Assembly (NCBI GenBank): GCA_011109175.1
Contig: RDEW01000027.1
Location: forward strand, 395,772 to 459,771
DNA length: 64,000 nucleotides
DNA from: Dicyema japonicum
Lineage: Eukaryota > Animalia > Dicyemida
Reading direction: 5' to 3'
The notes under the pieces are model-generated. The model had not been told where the DNA came from and made no database searches. It saw only the letters and a program-made list of their open reading frames with translations. How positions within the stretch are numbered: the stretch's first letter is position 1; the number at the start of each line of letters is the position of its first letter. Of the stretch, positions 52,320-64,000 are shown piece after piece. The translations under genes were made by a program, and so were the position numbers.

Positions 52320-53560
52320 TCTATGGAGACTTATAAAAGAACTCTGGTCATCCTGCATGTGAACTTAGGAATCAGAAGCAAAGTTTTGGAGCTGCGTGCT
52401 TTACTAACAGATCACAAAGTGGTGATCGCGGTAATCCAAGAAACAAAATTAACTAAATCAATCCACACTCCATGTTTACCAGGCTTTTTGGCTGTCCACA
52501 AAACCGAGACAGGGACTCTGGTGGGAGTTTTTAAGATTGTTAAAATTGGATGTCATTCACATACATTTCCCATGATGTGTGAGGGCTTCGGAACATTGGA
52601 GTGGATCACTATCTCACATGCAGTGTGGCCTACCTTTATAATGTCTAAATTCCACCAAAAAAGTAATGTCCCCCATCGTATACTCTCAAAATATTGAGGC
52701 TAATAAAAATAAAGAACATAATCATTTTCGGTGATCAGAACTGTGAACAGCCATAATGGATCAGCACACAACATGCAGACAGCCGAGGAGAATCCATCCT
52801 CAACTGTCTCGGTGACCATATCACCCACTGATTGACGATCCTAATGCATTATTCTTGCTCTATACAGACGATGTCATCAACGCCTCTAAAAACAGTTCCT
52901 CCTTCATGGGAACTGAGATAGTCCAGGCATACCTTGATCGCATGATGAATTGACTCGATCGGTGTAAACTGTCTGTGTCATCGTCAAAATCTAACTTCAC
53001 TAAATTCATGTCGAATCGTCACTACAATGATCCTCTTGAGGTCCACATGAGATATGTGTCTATAACCGTTCAAATGAATTCTAAAATTTTTGGAGTGACG
53101 TGTGACACTTTAATGACATTCACAAGGCATGCCGACCAAATCATAACAAAAGAGTCCAAAAGTTGAATCTCCTCTAGACAATTGTTACGAAAAACCAGTA
53201 TCCAGTAGACGATTGCACACGTAAATTATACTGACAAACCAGCTCCTTACACAAGAAGATTCCACGCTTTTTACGGGATAGAACAGTCATTCCTCTGTCG
53301 GAGTCGTCGATGCGAAGGAATGACAACGGATTTCTTAAGTTCTGTCAAGATCAGAGAATCTACTGTGTTCATCTGTATTACCTCCAAAAATGAGCGGTCC
53401 TTTCTTAGACATCCACCCACCATCCACTTATTGTAGACACCAGCAGATACACCTCGGAAGAGTTAAGGTCCTTCGATGAGCACAGGACGAAAATGCCAAG
53501 GTGATGAGGAGAACCAACATTTTTGATCCTATTGGTGTCCCTTCTATATATTCTAGACAC
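52320..53560 (+). mobile_element. Degraded APE-RT LINE with internal deletions
   Basis: AVIQETKL (APE), YTDDV and KIFGVTCD remnants. Confidence 0.72.
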
Positions 53561-54114
53561 GGGAAAACCGAAGGATAATCTGTCTTCCTACCTGTTTCTA
53601 TAACTTGAAAATGTCGAAGAATATTTTCTTACGCTAATCTCCTTCTCTGGCAATGTCTGCGTTCCACCATGGCTTCAGAGCAGAGCGGTTTACCACGACT
53701 CACTCGGGATCTATTTTCCAATTTATCGCGGATAGCTTTAGTGAAAAAGACATGACATAGAGAAGGTCTTCAACTATGTCGCTTCTGACGAAAAAAATCT
53801 GAATAACAATGCGAACACTTGAAGCTATGACTGGATTTTTTTGATCCCAGTATATTTTTTGTCTCTATTCTATTTAATTTGTTTCTACAAGATATGGCAG
53901 CAATTGAAGACCACAATATCATACTTCTATCCTATGCGGTCAATCTCATTATCGCCGTTAAGGCAATTCACCCACAGTGGTCGCCCTGGTCAATCTGTCA
54001 AACCTTGTGTATGACAGGATATCCTCTGTATCGACATCAGAATCTCAGTTCATCCTTTTTACTACAGATAGGAAATTCACCTGGTTAAATATTTGTTCAA
54101 GACAATCGGCAGTG

Positions 54115-56125
54115 TCGTTTTGGTCGTCCGCGGAAGGGTTTGTCGCAACTGTCGTAAGCTTAGCGGGTGCATGCGGGTTCATTCTTAATACATGCCCAAA
54201 TAGCCTCCACCGGGCATCTATCACATCCTTGCTGATGTACGAACACATACACTTGTTGTAAATATTACTGGTGGTTATTCTACGTGGCCACTCCATTCGA
54301 GTAAGCTTGTTAGTTGCCTTCTATGGAACGAATCCAGTTTCGTTAGTTTTTAGAGGAACTTCCCCAAGTCCCAGCGTTGTAAGTAAGACTGGTTGCACAA
54401 AGGTGTTGTAAAACTTGCATCTGTTGTCAATTCCAAGTCCTTTGGCTCTTAAAGTCCACTTCATCCGCATAAGATGTCTCTTCAATGTCTCCTATATAGC
54501 ATTTACGGAGGTCGCGGAGTGCAGATTCAATATTTTATGGTGAATAGTAAAGGGAGAGGGAATCACCCTGGGGTGTCCAATCGTTGTTTTGAAACTGCGA
54601 GAAGTTGCTCCTTCTGTCCTCACAGATAATCTTGTGTTCGCAAGTAGTAGTCTGATTATCCTAACCGACGATTTATCCAATATTTGCTCAAGCACATTCA
54701 TCAGTTTCTGTCTGTTTATTGAGTCAAAAACTCTGGAGAGATCTATTCTCAACACGGTCGTTACGCTCTTGAATTTTTGGTGCGTTGCACAGCGACATCT
54801 ATGGCTCCATATAATGTCCGCTGTAGATCTCCCTTCTAGGAACTCACTTTGACTTGCTGGTAGGTATAGATCCGCCCCACCCTCTATCTGACTTAGTGCT
54901 GTTTGCCACCACCTTGCGTATCGAGTTCAGAAGTATGACTGGGCGGAGATTTTCTACTAGTCCTTTTGCTTTTTTGGTTTTTATATGGGTATTAATAATC
55001 CATTTCCAAGTCCTAGATCGATATTAGTTTCAAAGATCATTTAGGATTTTTGCAATTGTTCACTATGTTTTTTGGCTCATATTTTAAACTCAGGGCTTAT
55101 GTTGTCTGGCCCTGCACTCTTTTGTTCTTCAATTTATTTAGCTGATTCCACTTCTTCCACTGTGATTGGATTTTAGTGCCCTCGGTTCTCCCTGGAAAGG
55201 GGGAAAGTCCTTATTTTTGTATTTAACAATATTTCAAGTGTCGTACAATCAATTCGCTTTTTCTTCTGGAACCCACGAATTTTCCTCTTTGTCTTTGATG
55301 TGAAAAACGTTTTGTCCTTTCTTTGTCCGCAGCAGCCGCATACATCTTGAATTGTCCTCTAGGCATTCCACATCTTTTAATAGGGTGTAATAATTTCCAG
55401 TAAGTGTTTTGCTATCTTTTTGATTTTCCATTTTAGTTCCCTTTGTTGGATTTAAACTCTTTTATACTCTCGTCTGACGTGTTTGCTGCTTTAAGCCTTA
55501 GCTCTCTGCAATGCTTTGCCATATCCGGTAGGAACATGCATCATTTAGCAGGTGTTTATCAGACTTTCGGCAGATAATTTAGTCGATTTGATTATACATT
55601 CACGGTCTTCCCAACAGAGTTTTTCCTTTGTCCGTGCCATGTCGTCTTGTGGAGAGCTGAGTGCGTGAAAGCCGTGTTTCCCAAAATAGGCTATTTGCCT
55701 CGCATAAGTTCACCAGTGAGGCTCCAGATGTATTTCGGGTCCCATTCTCATTCCGACCTTTGCACTAATATCTCCCGCAACAAAGACAAGGGACGAGGAA
55801 GCATTATTAGAGTATGTGCTTGATAGTTCTGAGTAGAATTCCTCGAGCTCACCAGGGTTCTTGATTACATAGACATTTATGATAGTTAATAGACTCTTGG
55901 ACGGGCATAAATAATTTAGTTTGACTTGTAGGACACATATTCGGCCGTTGACTCTCCAATAGCGATGTAGTTTTTTGAAGTAATCCACGTGTATGGCAAA
56001 TCCCATTCCGTAGTGCTTATTTTCGTCTCTTGTAGGGGCAACCAATTGATAATTTGTATTTCTCGAGATCGTCACAAAGTACTTTCCTTGCCCAATCTTT
56101 CGATATTCCACGTACGTTAAACGTC
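54115..56125 (-). mobile_element. RTE-clade LINE, degraded
   Basis: TFNVRG, YGMGFAI, FVAGD (APE); IDLSRVFDSI; RWRLFGHVLR. Confidence 0.9.
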
Positions 56126-56194
56126 ATTAGCCTGTATTCCCGATTGTATAATGAGTGTTTTTTAGAGATTTGTAGCAGAGCCACGTCACCTGCT

Positions 56195-56320
56195 CAACCG
56201 AATTAAGATTGCCTGCATTCGACAGAGGAAAATGAAAGAGATTAACGCTAAATATTGTTTTGAGTGTTGCACATGCGGGGTTATAAAAATTATGGCTTTC
56301 GTGAAAGTTCCTTAATAATA
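56195..56320 (+). mobile_element. Short RTE 3' end
   Basis: Matches the reverse complement of 47215-47325. Confidence 0.8.
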
Positions 56321-56939
56321 TGATATTCAAAAGTGAACCTGAGTTATAATTTGGAGATGTCCATTCCAGTGAACCTCCCTCCTGTTAATGTATCAGTAGA
56401 TTTTTCATCAATTCAATCTCCGACAGTCTAATACGCTTGTTCCGCTTGGAGAATTGATATTTCCTTCACGAAAATCGCACATATCAACTCATTCCCGGGA
56501 AAATCATGCGTCTTCTCCCGTTATATAAAGAGAATCGATTGATACTTATTTTCAGAGGAATCGATTGGAAAAATTTTTTTGCAAGAAACCAGGTTCTCAT
56601 AACTTATAAGACCGACATTGTTCTGACCTCGCATGATCTGGATATCTAGGCTGCCATGTCTAAAATGCAGCAACACTTGGCCGGAGGTTAACCTAAAATC
56701 TTGGGAATCATCTTCGATATGCACACGTGCATTGTGCATCATGTCGAAAACGTTTTAACGAAGTAGGAGAAGATTAATCCATCGAAAAATCTCCCAGGAC
56801 TATGGAAGGTCAAAAGCCATCCGATCCTCGAGTCGTTATGTAGCAAGATGAAGGCATGACCCATAAAAGACGGGGAATACTAAAAGGAAAAATATAAGGA
56901 CCGGTTCACGTTCCACGCGATTCCTTTGAGACAACTGGA

Positions 56940-57480
56940 ACGATAAACAGGGAGTAATTGCCTGCAGCAAGTCTTGTGGTGAGTTAAGCCCCATCGCTAT
57001 AGGCAATGTACTCAGACGTGCCATCAAATCCACGAATGGAGTACAACAAATCGGCCGTCTACTCTTCGCCTTGGGTATCGATTCTACTGCCTCATTAAGC
57101 AGAGATCCGATGAACCTGTAATATCTAGACGATAAGATCACTAAAAGAACTGGGAAACTGTGGTGGCAGAAGTCAAGTTCACCATATCAACTCTAGCTGC
57201 ACTTGGATTGATACCAGATTAGTCCAAATGCACAGAAAACGATTTTTTATACAGAAAACGATTTCAACCAAGCACTGGCGATGATTTCCACTTACCTCCC
57301 AAATATCTCAATCACCAAATCCGAAAATGCGATTTTCCTTGGGTCTTCGCTTTATCAAAAGAAAATGTCAACTTTTTTGAAAAAAAACGATTCTGTTCAA
57401 CTTGAATAGTCTAACCTAACAATTCTCGATTCACATACAACGTTATTTTTCTTCAGGAATTTTTGAAACATCAACCTGAT
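56940..57480 (+). mobile_element. Highly degraded CRE-like RT
   Basis: PIAIGNVLRR, GVQQ..LLFALGI and YLDD remnants. Confidence 0.6.
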
Positions 57481-58276
57481 TTCTATACTGAATTCCGATC
57501 GACCATAAAGAAGGGCATCACGGTAGACTTCCTTTGCAGACACACAAATGAGGGAATTTCTGGGAGAGGTTGGATCGCTGGCGGAACATTTCGGGGACCA
57601 TCACCTAATAACTGAGTTTAACCTTTCTTTCTTGGAGGTGATCCACAGTATTCTTCCACTTTAAAATGACTACAGATTCCATCATGGTCTCCGAAGAACA
57701 AGTTCTATTTTGGATATGGCAAAACAATGTTTCTAGTTCATCTCCACGATCCAAGTCCACCGGTTCCAGAGTCGACGGAATCTGTCCGCTTTATAAGAGC
57801 TTTTCATTATAGTTTTCTTCAAAAAAAACGGAACACTAATCAAGTTGCCTCAAAATCAAACATTAGCTATTAAATTTTTACAAGATCTTAAAAGTATGTT
57901 GGTGGAGTATAGACACGGAATGGTATAAGTGAAGTTATTCAACACCTCAAACAAAAGTCTTTTGAACGAGGGGGATGACTCGACACTGCTCAAATAACCA
58001 CACTGTGGTAGACGATGGTGAGGAGGATTGTGTAGTGGAGCAAACGAAGGAGGTTGGAGAATAAGAGGATATAAATACTTATTTTCGTTTAATGTCAACG
58101 TCTTCCACACACCTCTTTTTTTAGCTAGGGTTCTCAATGAGTTCATGGCTCTCCGTTTAATTTGACATTAATTAATTCCACTTAGCATAATTAAGTTACC
58201 ATAATAATGAGTAGAAAGGCTTAGTAAAATTGAATAGAAAGTAAAATAAAAACCATTCCGAACATTCAAAAAATAA

Positions 58277-58611
58277 TTAAAATCCTCCTCTGAGGGAAAT
58301 AACAAGATGAATCATACAGCCGGCGTCAATTTTGTAAAAACCCGCAGTTTTATCATTTTCCCTATAAAATAGCAGAACATCACTACATGGTCCTTCCAGC
58401 AACAATGATTCTCTGTTGGTCAGGATGGATTCCCTCAGCCTCGAATATTTTTTCCTTAATTTCACGAGTCTGTTAAATTAGAAATAGATGTAACCGTGAA
58501 AACATCCTGAATACTTATATTGATCTGTAATTATTACGCTTATAATATAACCTCACGGCCTGTCATTGTCTACTTAATAGATCATACAAATACCTTCACT
58601 TTTATCATCAT
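58277..58611 (-). CDS. NEDD8: Divergent NEDD8-like ubiquitin-family modifier, 77 aa, 5 exons
   Basis: Spliced MMIKVKTMTGREINISIQDVFTTREIKEKIFEAEGIHPDQQRIIVAGRTMENDKTAGFYKIDAGCMIHLVISLRGGF. Introns 58570-58593, 58525-58551, 58470-58494, 58362-58386. Confidence 0.88.
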
Positions 58612-58704
58612 TTTGAATCACAAGAATTTAGGTTATTCAATTATAATATTCAAATTTTTTATATATAATCTTTATTATTAAATTTTTATAAAATTAATTC
58701 ACAT

Positions 58705-59348
58705 TAAAACCCAAAGAGTATGATGAGATTAATGTTGTGATCCGTGAAGTACTCAGACTAAAGCATGTTTATGTGCTGGCAGGCAATAAGGAGAGACTAT
58801 ATTTACCATGTGAGAAAGTCGGTCGTGGACTGTGTGGAGTAGTCCAACTAAGTAAGCGTATCCTTATTCGAATGCACGACACCCTGATAGCTGGGTCAAG
58901 TGTGTATGCTAGGAAGCACGCCATAATAACGACCGTGAAAAATCGAGGAAACTCACATAGGTACTATCAGACCTTTTTTGTATCCTAAGTATGATGTTGA
59001 TGAAGACATTAATCGAATTACAAAATAATAATTTGATTGAAAGGATTAACTTGAAAAGACTTAATAAGGTCCTCTTCAGAGCATTTGATAATTTACACGT
59101 CGACCTTACGTCGTCGACAACGTGGCTAAAATATGGTGACAAATCGGAGTTGTGCACGTATAAGGAAGACGGCAATATTTTTAGGAGTCGATCAACAAAT
59201 AAATGTTACCATTGTAAGTCAAGGAGCATGTCGGTTGATCATTTAGTTACTTGGTGCGGATCCATGCTCTGCCACTACTATGTGTGGAGGCATAACGAGG
59301 TAGTAAGGAGTCTTCATTTTCTACTATAAAATAAGTATGGTATTCGCC
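58705..59348 (+). mobile_element. R4/Dong-like element, 5' segment (split by an RTE insertion)
   Basis: ERLYLPCEKVGRGL; CCHC motif CYHCK..VDHLVTWC..YVWRHNEV. Confidence 0.82.
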
Positions 59349-62280
59349 GTGCCTCGTTTCTTAATTGGATCGCAGTTGAGAGAAATGTCTAAAAAGCAAG
59401 GGATACAAAGAGATGCATCTCGTCTAAAGCTCCTTACGTTCAATACTAGAGGCTTATCTACGACCTGGTAGAGGAAGATTCTCTGTTACAACCTGGAGAG
59501 ATACGACGTATCTATTGGGTGTCAACAAGAGACGAAAGTTACTTAATAGCCTTGATGAGAACTATGGCAAATATCGAATAATGTGTAAACCGAGCGACTC
59601 AAAATATTATGGACTTGGATTTGCCATCCACAAAGTTGACAAGTGCAGTCCACCGTATATGGAGTGTGAATGACAGGATCTGTGTTATACAAATCCGTCT
59701 AAACGACTTACCTCCTTCAAAGAGCTTTCTGACAATTGTAAATATTTATGCGCTACATTGCGGGAGAGTAACGAAAGATCCGACAGAACTAGACGACTTC
59801 TATTCAACACTGTTACGGACGTACAACGAATATGAGTCACTAATACTCATTGCTGGGGATTTGAATGCGAAAATCGGAATGAAGAATAACCCGGATGATG
59901 TTTTCTTGGGAGAACATGGACGTAAAATAAGAAACCTACCCAGGACAATACTTGGTCACTTTTGTATGGCAAACAACTTTTTCCTATGCAATACTCATTT
60001 ACGCATCCTCCCTGCCACAAAACTACGTGGATGGGGAAGCGAGGAACTCAGAGGAAAGCTGGTCCCAATATACAACCAAATAGATTATGTCATATGCCGG
60101 GCTAAAGACAAACACCTTCTAGTAAACGCACGTTCATATGAAGGCTCGACGACTGTCAGCGACCACAAGATGGTTATTGCGACCTTCACCCTGAAAAAAC
60201 ATGCCATCAAATACAAATCACGAATTTGAGAAAATCAGAGGCGACTACGCGACTGAAAGGCTGATTTCCAACCTGAGACTACTGAGAGATATCAACAATA
60301 CATTCAGACTCATTGCAGGACGTATTGGTGGATACCTCGTAGAAGAAGCCTGGAAACGCACAAAGGACACTATCAACGAAGCTGCTGAAGCATGTCTTGG
60401 TAAAAGGGAGAATAGTAAAATGCACCTGAAGGCTATTCATCCAGATGTTCTTGAGCTTGCGAAAAGTTTAAAAGAAATAAACATGAGAAAATCAAATGCC
60501 ACTGACGCTAATACGATAAAAGCCTTTCAGGGCGAAAGGCAACGTGTCAGAAGAAAAATAAAGGGTCTGAACAAGAAGCTTTTCCTAGAAGAAATAGCTT
60601 CCCGTATAGAAGAGGTAAACAAAGTGAAAGACAACGCACAGATGTACGTCGCTGCGAACAAACTGAAGTCGACTAACCATAAGCTGATACTGAACACCGA
60701 AGAACAAACTGAAACCATCGCGGGTCACTTTGAGAAGCTTTTGAACATCAAAACTATGGAAATTCACCCATTTGATGGAAGGCCAAGATCCCTTAGATAC
60801 CAATCACGGCTGAGGAAATCAAAACGACCTGCCGAAAACTAATGTATAACAGAAGCCCCGACCAGATGCGATAAAACCAGAATACTGAAATACGGCCCTT
60901 ACCCCCTTTTTAAAAAAATCGCTACACTAATAAATGAAATGTTTTCAACTAACTCAACTCTACCTCTGGGTACGGGACTACTAATCCCCATACAAAAAAC
61001 AGAGGACCGCTCGAAAATTTGCGACCCATCATACTACTAAATTCATTACGCAAAGTCTTGGCAAACATTGTGCTTGAACGAATAAAAGGATCTGCTTACA
61101 AATACCTACCAGATAGTCAAAGTGGTTTTCGAGAAAGGAGATCCACAGCTGATGCGGTTTGGAGTCACAGATGGAGGTGTGCAACATATCAAAGATACCG
61201 TAACGCCATCAATATTCTGGGAATTGACCTATCAAGAGCTTTTGATACGGTTAACAGGAACAAGTTAATGGGGGTTGAGCGGATTTCTTGATGAATCGAG
61301 TCTAAGGATGACCCGAATTCTACTTTCCAACACTGAGCTCTCGGAAATACCTATTCAAGAAAATTTGAAACCAACACGGGCACTCCACAAGGAGACTCCC
61401 TTTCTCCTCTACTATTCACAATTTATTTGGAAGCCGCTATGAGGGAACTTAGACCGTTATATCAAGGAAAGATGGAAGAAGTGATCTACCCGGACGATGT
61501 AGACCTAATTTCTGAAGACAAAGAGGTCCCGGAAAACCTATTAGAAAAAGCACCAGATGTACTAGGGAAATGGTTTCTTACTGTGAACAGAGGGAAAACA
61601 GAACTCACAGAGATAAGAAGGATGAGTATCGTCCTAGAAGAGAAGTGGCGACAAATAAAGAAACTTGGTTCACTTATGGGAGACAGCAAAGATATTTTAC
61701 GTAGGAAAGCTCTAGCCAATGCTGCGTTATATAAACTGAAGAATCTATGGCTCAATCAAAGAGGTATCGACACGAAAGTGAGAATCTATTATACGACTTA
61801 TTCATAAAACCTGTACTTTTATATAACGCTAGAACTTGGGAGACCTCATCAGCGGATATGGACTCAGACTGAAGAAAAATAACAGGAACTATTTGGCCTA
61901 CGAGAATATTGAGGAATGCTTTATATAAGAGATGCAGCACTATACCTATCAGCTTACAAGTACTGAAATCCAGATGAAAGCTCTTCGGACACGTGCTGAG
62001 GATGGAATTAACATCCCCAACGAACATATCTATGGAGACATACTATGTTAGTCAAGAAGGCCGCTATCGTGGAAGACCAAGAACAACACTGCCAATAGTC
62101 TTACAAAAAGACCTGGTCAATATCAAAAGAAATCTAAAAATGCCGACGACCTGGACAACATGAGAGCCTTGGCTAGGAACAGGGAAACATGGAAAAGGAT
62201 GACATCTAACCTTGTTTATTTTGCTGCACATGCGGGGCTATAATTAGTATGGCTCTCGTGAAGTGCTTAAATAAATAATA
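59349..62280 (+). mobile_element. Near full-length RTE-clade LINE (APE-RT, frameshifted) with 12-bp TSD
   Basis: ATG ~59385 MSKKQG..LTFNTRGL; IAGDLNAKIG, NQIDY, SDH, QSGFR, IDLSRAFDTV, YPDD; (taa)n tail; TSD atggtattc(g/a)cc at 59337-59348 and 62281-62292. Confidence 0.95.
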
Positions 62281-62790
62281 ATGGTATTCACCACAACAGA
62301 AAGTTGCAGATTCAAAAGATGCAATCTGTAGTAGAGAACACCAGGGTCCAAATCAAGGTAGTCACTGTTATCCGAACCTCGGTGCTAGTCAAGCACAATA
62401 AGCCGGCATTATGGTCTTGGCAAGTCCTTATCATAGAATTTGGCATTACGTTCAAAGGCCTTTTGCAGACTGTGGAAGTGGAGAAAAAAAGGAAGTATGT
62501 TTTTCTTGCAAACGAGATGGGGCAGATACTTGGTTTTAAGGTTCTCGTTATTCCAATAGTAATGAAATGGAAGGAATTGCAAAAAAAGACAACAAGGGTT
62601 ATTTAAAACAGTTAAGGGTAGATAGGAAGCTCCAGGCTTATCTACATCAACTGTTTTAAAGCGGACCCTAGAGTTGACAGTGGAGTACAGGAGGCAGAGC
62701 CCGGAGACGCCACATGGCAAGAGGACTCAATTGGAAAATATGTTCTCGGGACTTGTCTGAGGAGGCTGGTTATTTTTGTTCACATCCAAC
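62281..62790 (+). mobile_element. R4/Dong-like element, 3' segment (RLE domain)
   Basis: HNKP..IIEFGIT..VEVEKKRKY..LANE..VIPIVM continues the 58991-59329 ORF. Confidence 0.82.
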
Positions 62791-62962
62791 GGATCTTAAT
62801 TAATAATTGCGGATCATAGGGCTTGCCAAAATATGTAGGGAGAGTAATGATAGTTTTCACCGTGACCTGCTCCGGAAAGCACTTAATATACGATACACAA
62901 TGAAGATTATTAAAGCAAAGTTATACGAATTATGTGGCATAATCAAGGACAATAAACATTGA

Positions 62963-63370
62963 ATAAGATGGAGACTGTTTGGGCACGTGCTTAGAATGGA
63001 CATAACTGCCCCTGCAAATATAATAATGGACAATTACTTTAACAATGAGAACAAATCAAATTTCGAAACGTGTGGCACAATAATATACGAATTATGAAAC
63101 ACCGAATCACTCGATGGAAATCGATCGAGATGGAGGCTGTTCTGTCACATTTGAGGATGGAATGGGGTCCAGCAAATCTTGTGATGGAGGAATATTTCAT
63201 GGAACAAGGAAGATTATTCAAAGGAAGACCCAGGACAACTCTATTTTCCGTGTTAAATAAAGAGTTAAAGGGCCGAAAATCTCGATTAATTAAGAATCGT
63301 GAAAAAAAGAGAACCTTGGATGAGACTGGTACAAAGGGTAGTTGGCGAGCACAAGAGGAACATTAATTGA
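62963..63370 (+). mobile_element. RTE 3' fragments
   Basis: ~62965-63052 is nearly identical to ~45809-45896; second fragment carries KGRPRTTL. Confidence 0.8.
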
Positions 63371-63799
63371 CTTTTTTGTTTATGTGTTCTCGGCGGTGCC
63401 GATGATAATAAACGGATACCTCTTCTGATAACTTCTTTTCTTCTCCAATTTTGACTCTTGAAGCTCATTGGGATGTTCTCTATGATCCGTATCATAATCC
63501 GATTAAATTAACCATCAACCAAAGGCCCATAAAACTGAGAGGTGCAGATGCCTACATTAACTATAAATGTGCAAAGTAGAATTCACATGAGGCGAGACCA
63601 AGCGTGGACTTTTTTTGTACATTCTTTCGATTTTTCGATTCCACTTTTGAGTCTTCCAAACTATCCATTTGCTGCTGACAAAAATTATTCCACGTCGTTT
63701 CATCACTAATTTTGTCTTTTATTTCTTCCTGAGATTATTGATTTCTTCGTAAAAATGCGGAAGATCAAATCGATGTTTTTATAAAAGAGAAAATTAAAC

Positions 63800-64000
63800 A
63801 TGGAATACTTTACGGAACATCACCGGGACTTCCTCAAGATGGAGAAGTCCCCTGACCATCCCCTCGGGCCGGACATCAAACTATATTTGGACGCCTGCCT
63901 AAGATATGATAAGAAACCTTCCGCTGTGGAGATTAATCCAGGACTACAAAACTAACCGCAGAAAAAGGACTTTTATGGACACCGGGATCATTTAATTAGA
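63800..64000 (+). mobile_element. LINE family B 3' region (runs off the window)
   Basis: Ends gggatcatttaattag like the other family B tails. Confidence 0.45.

Noticed and set aside
57500-58146. Additional spliced gene downstream of NEDD8
   Set aside because: No consistent exon chain or homology could be built on either strand.

Overview
Eukaryotic, almost certainly metazoan, nuclear DNA. Eight host genes (about 16% of the window) sit as isolated islands in decayed transposable elements. The ORF track hides them because they are split by about 47 GT-AG introns, nearly all 21-28 nt long. Manual splicing recovers: the 3' end of an IA-2/PTPRN-type phosphatase, atlastin (disrupted), a tail-less NDC80/HEC1, a 105-aa TOX-family HMG protein, an orphan mucin-like membrane protein with a 36-nt tandem repeat, an intact ERMP1, CWF19L1 (frameshifted) and a divergent NEDD8. 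Most of the rest is non-LTR retrotransposon debris (APE-RT Jockey/I-like, RTE, CRE-like, R4-like), tRNA-derived SINEs with interchangeable LINE tails, and hAT and Merlin remnants. Tiny introns plus fast-evolving, shortened proteins suggest a highly reduced parasitic animal such as a dicyemid or myxozoan (inference). Most notable: apparently length-defined micro-intron splicing with very weak splice signals, minimised NDC80 and TOX proteins, short exon fragments copied about 1 kb away, and modular SINEs. All family calls come from manual translation and recalled motifs; no searches were run, and TE boundaries are approximate.
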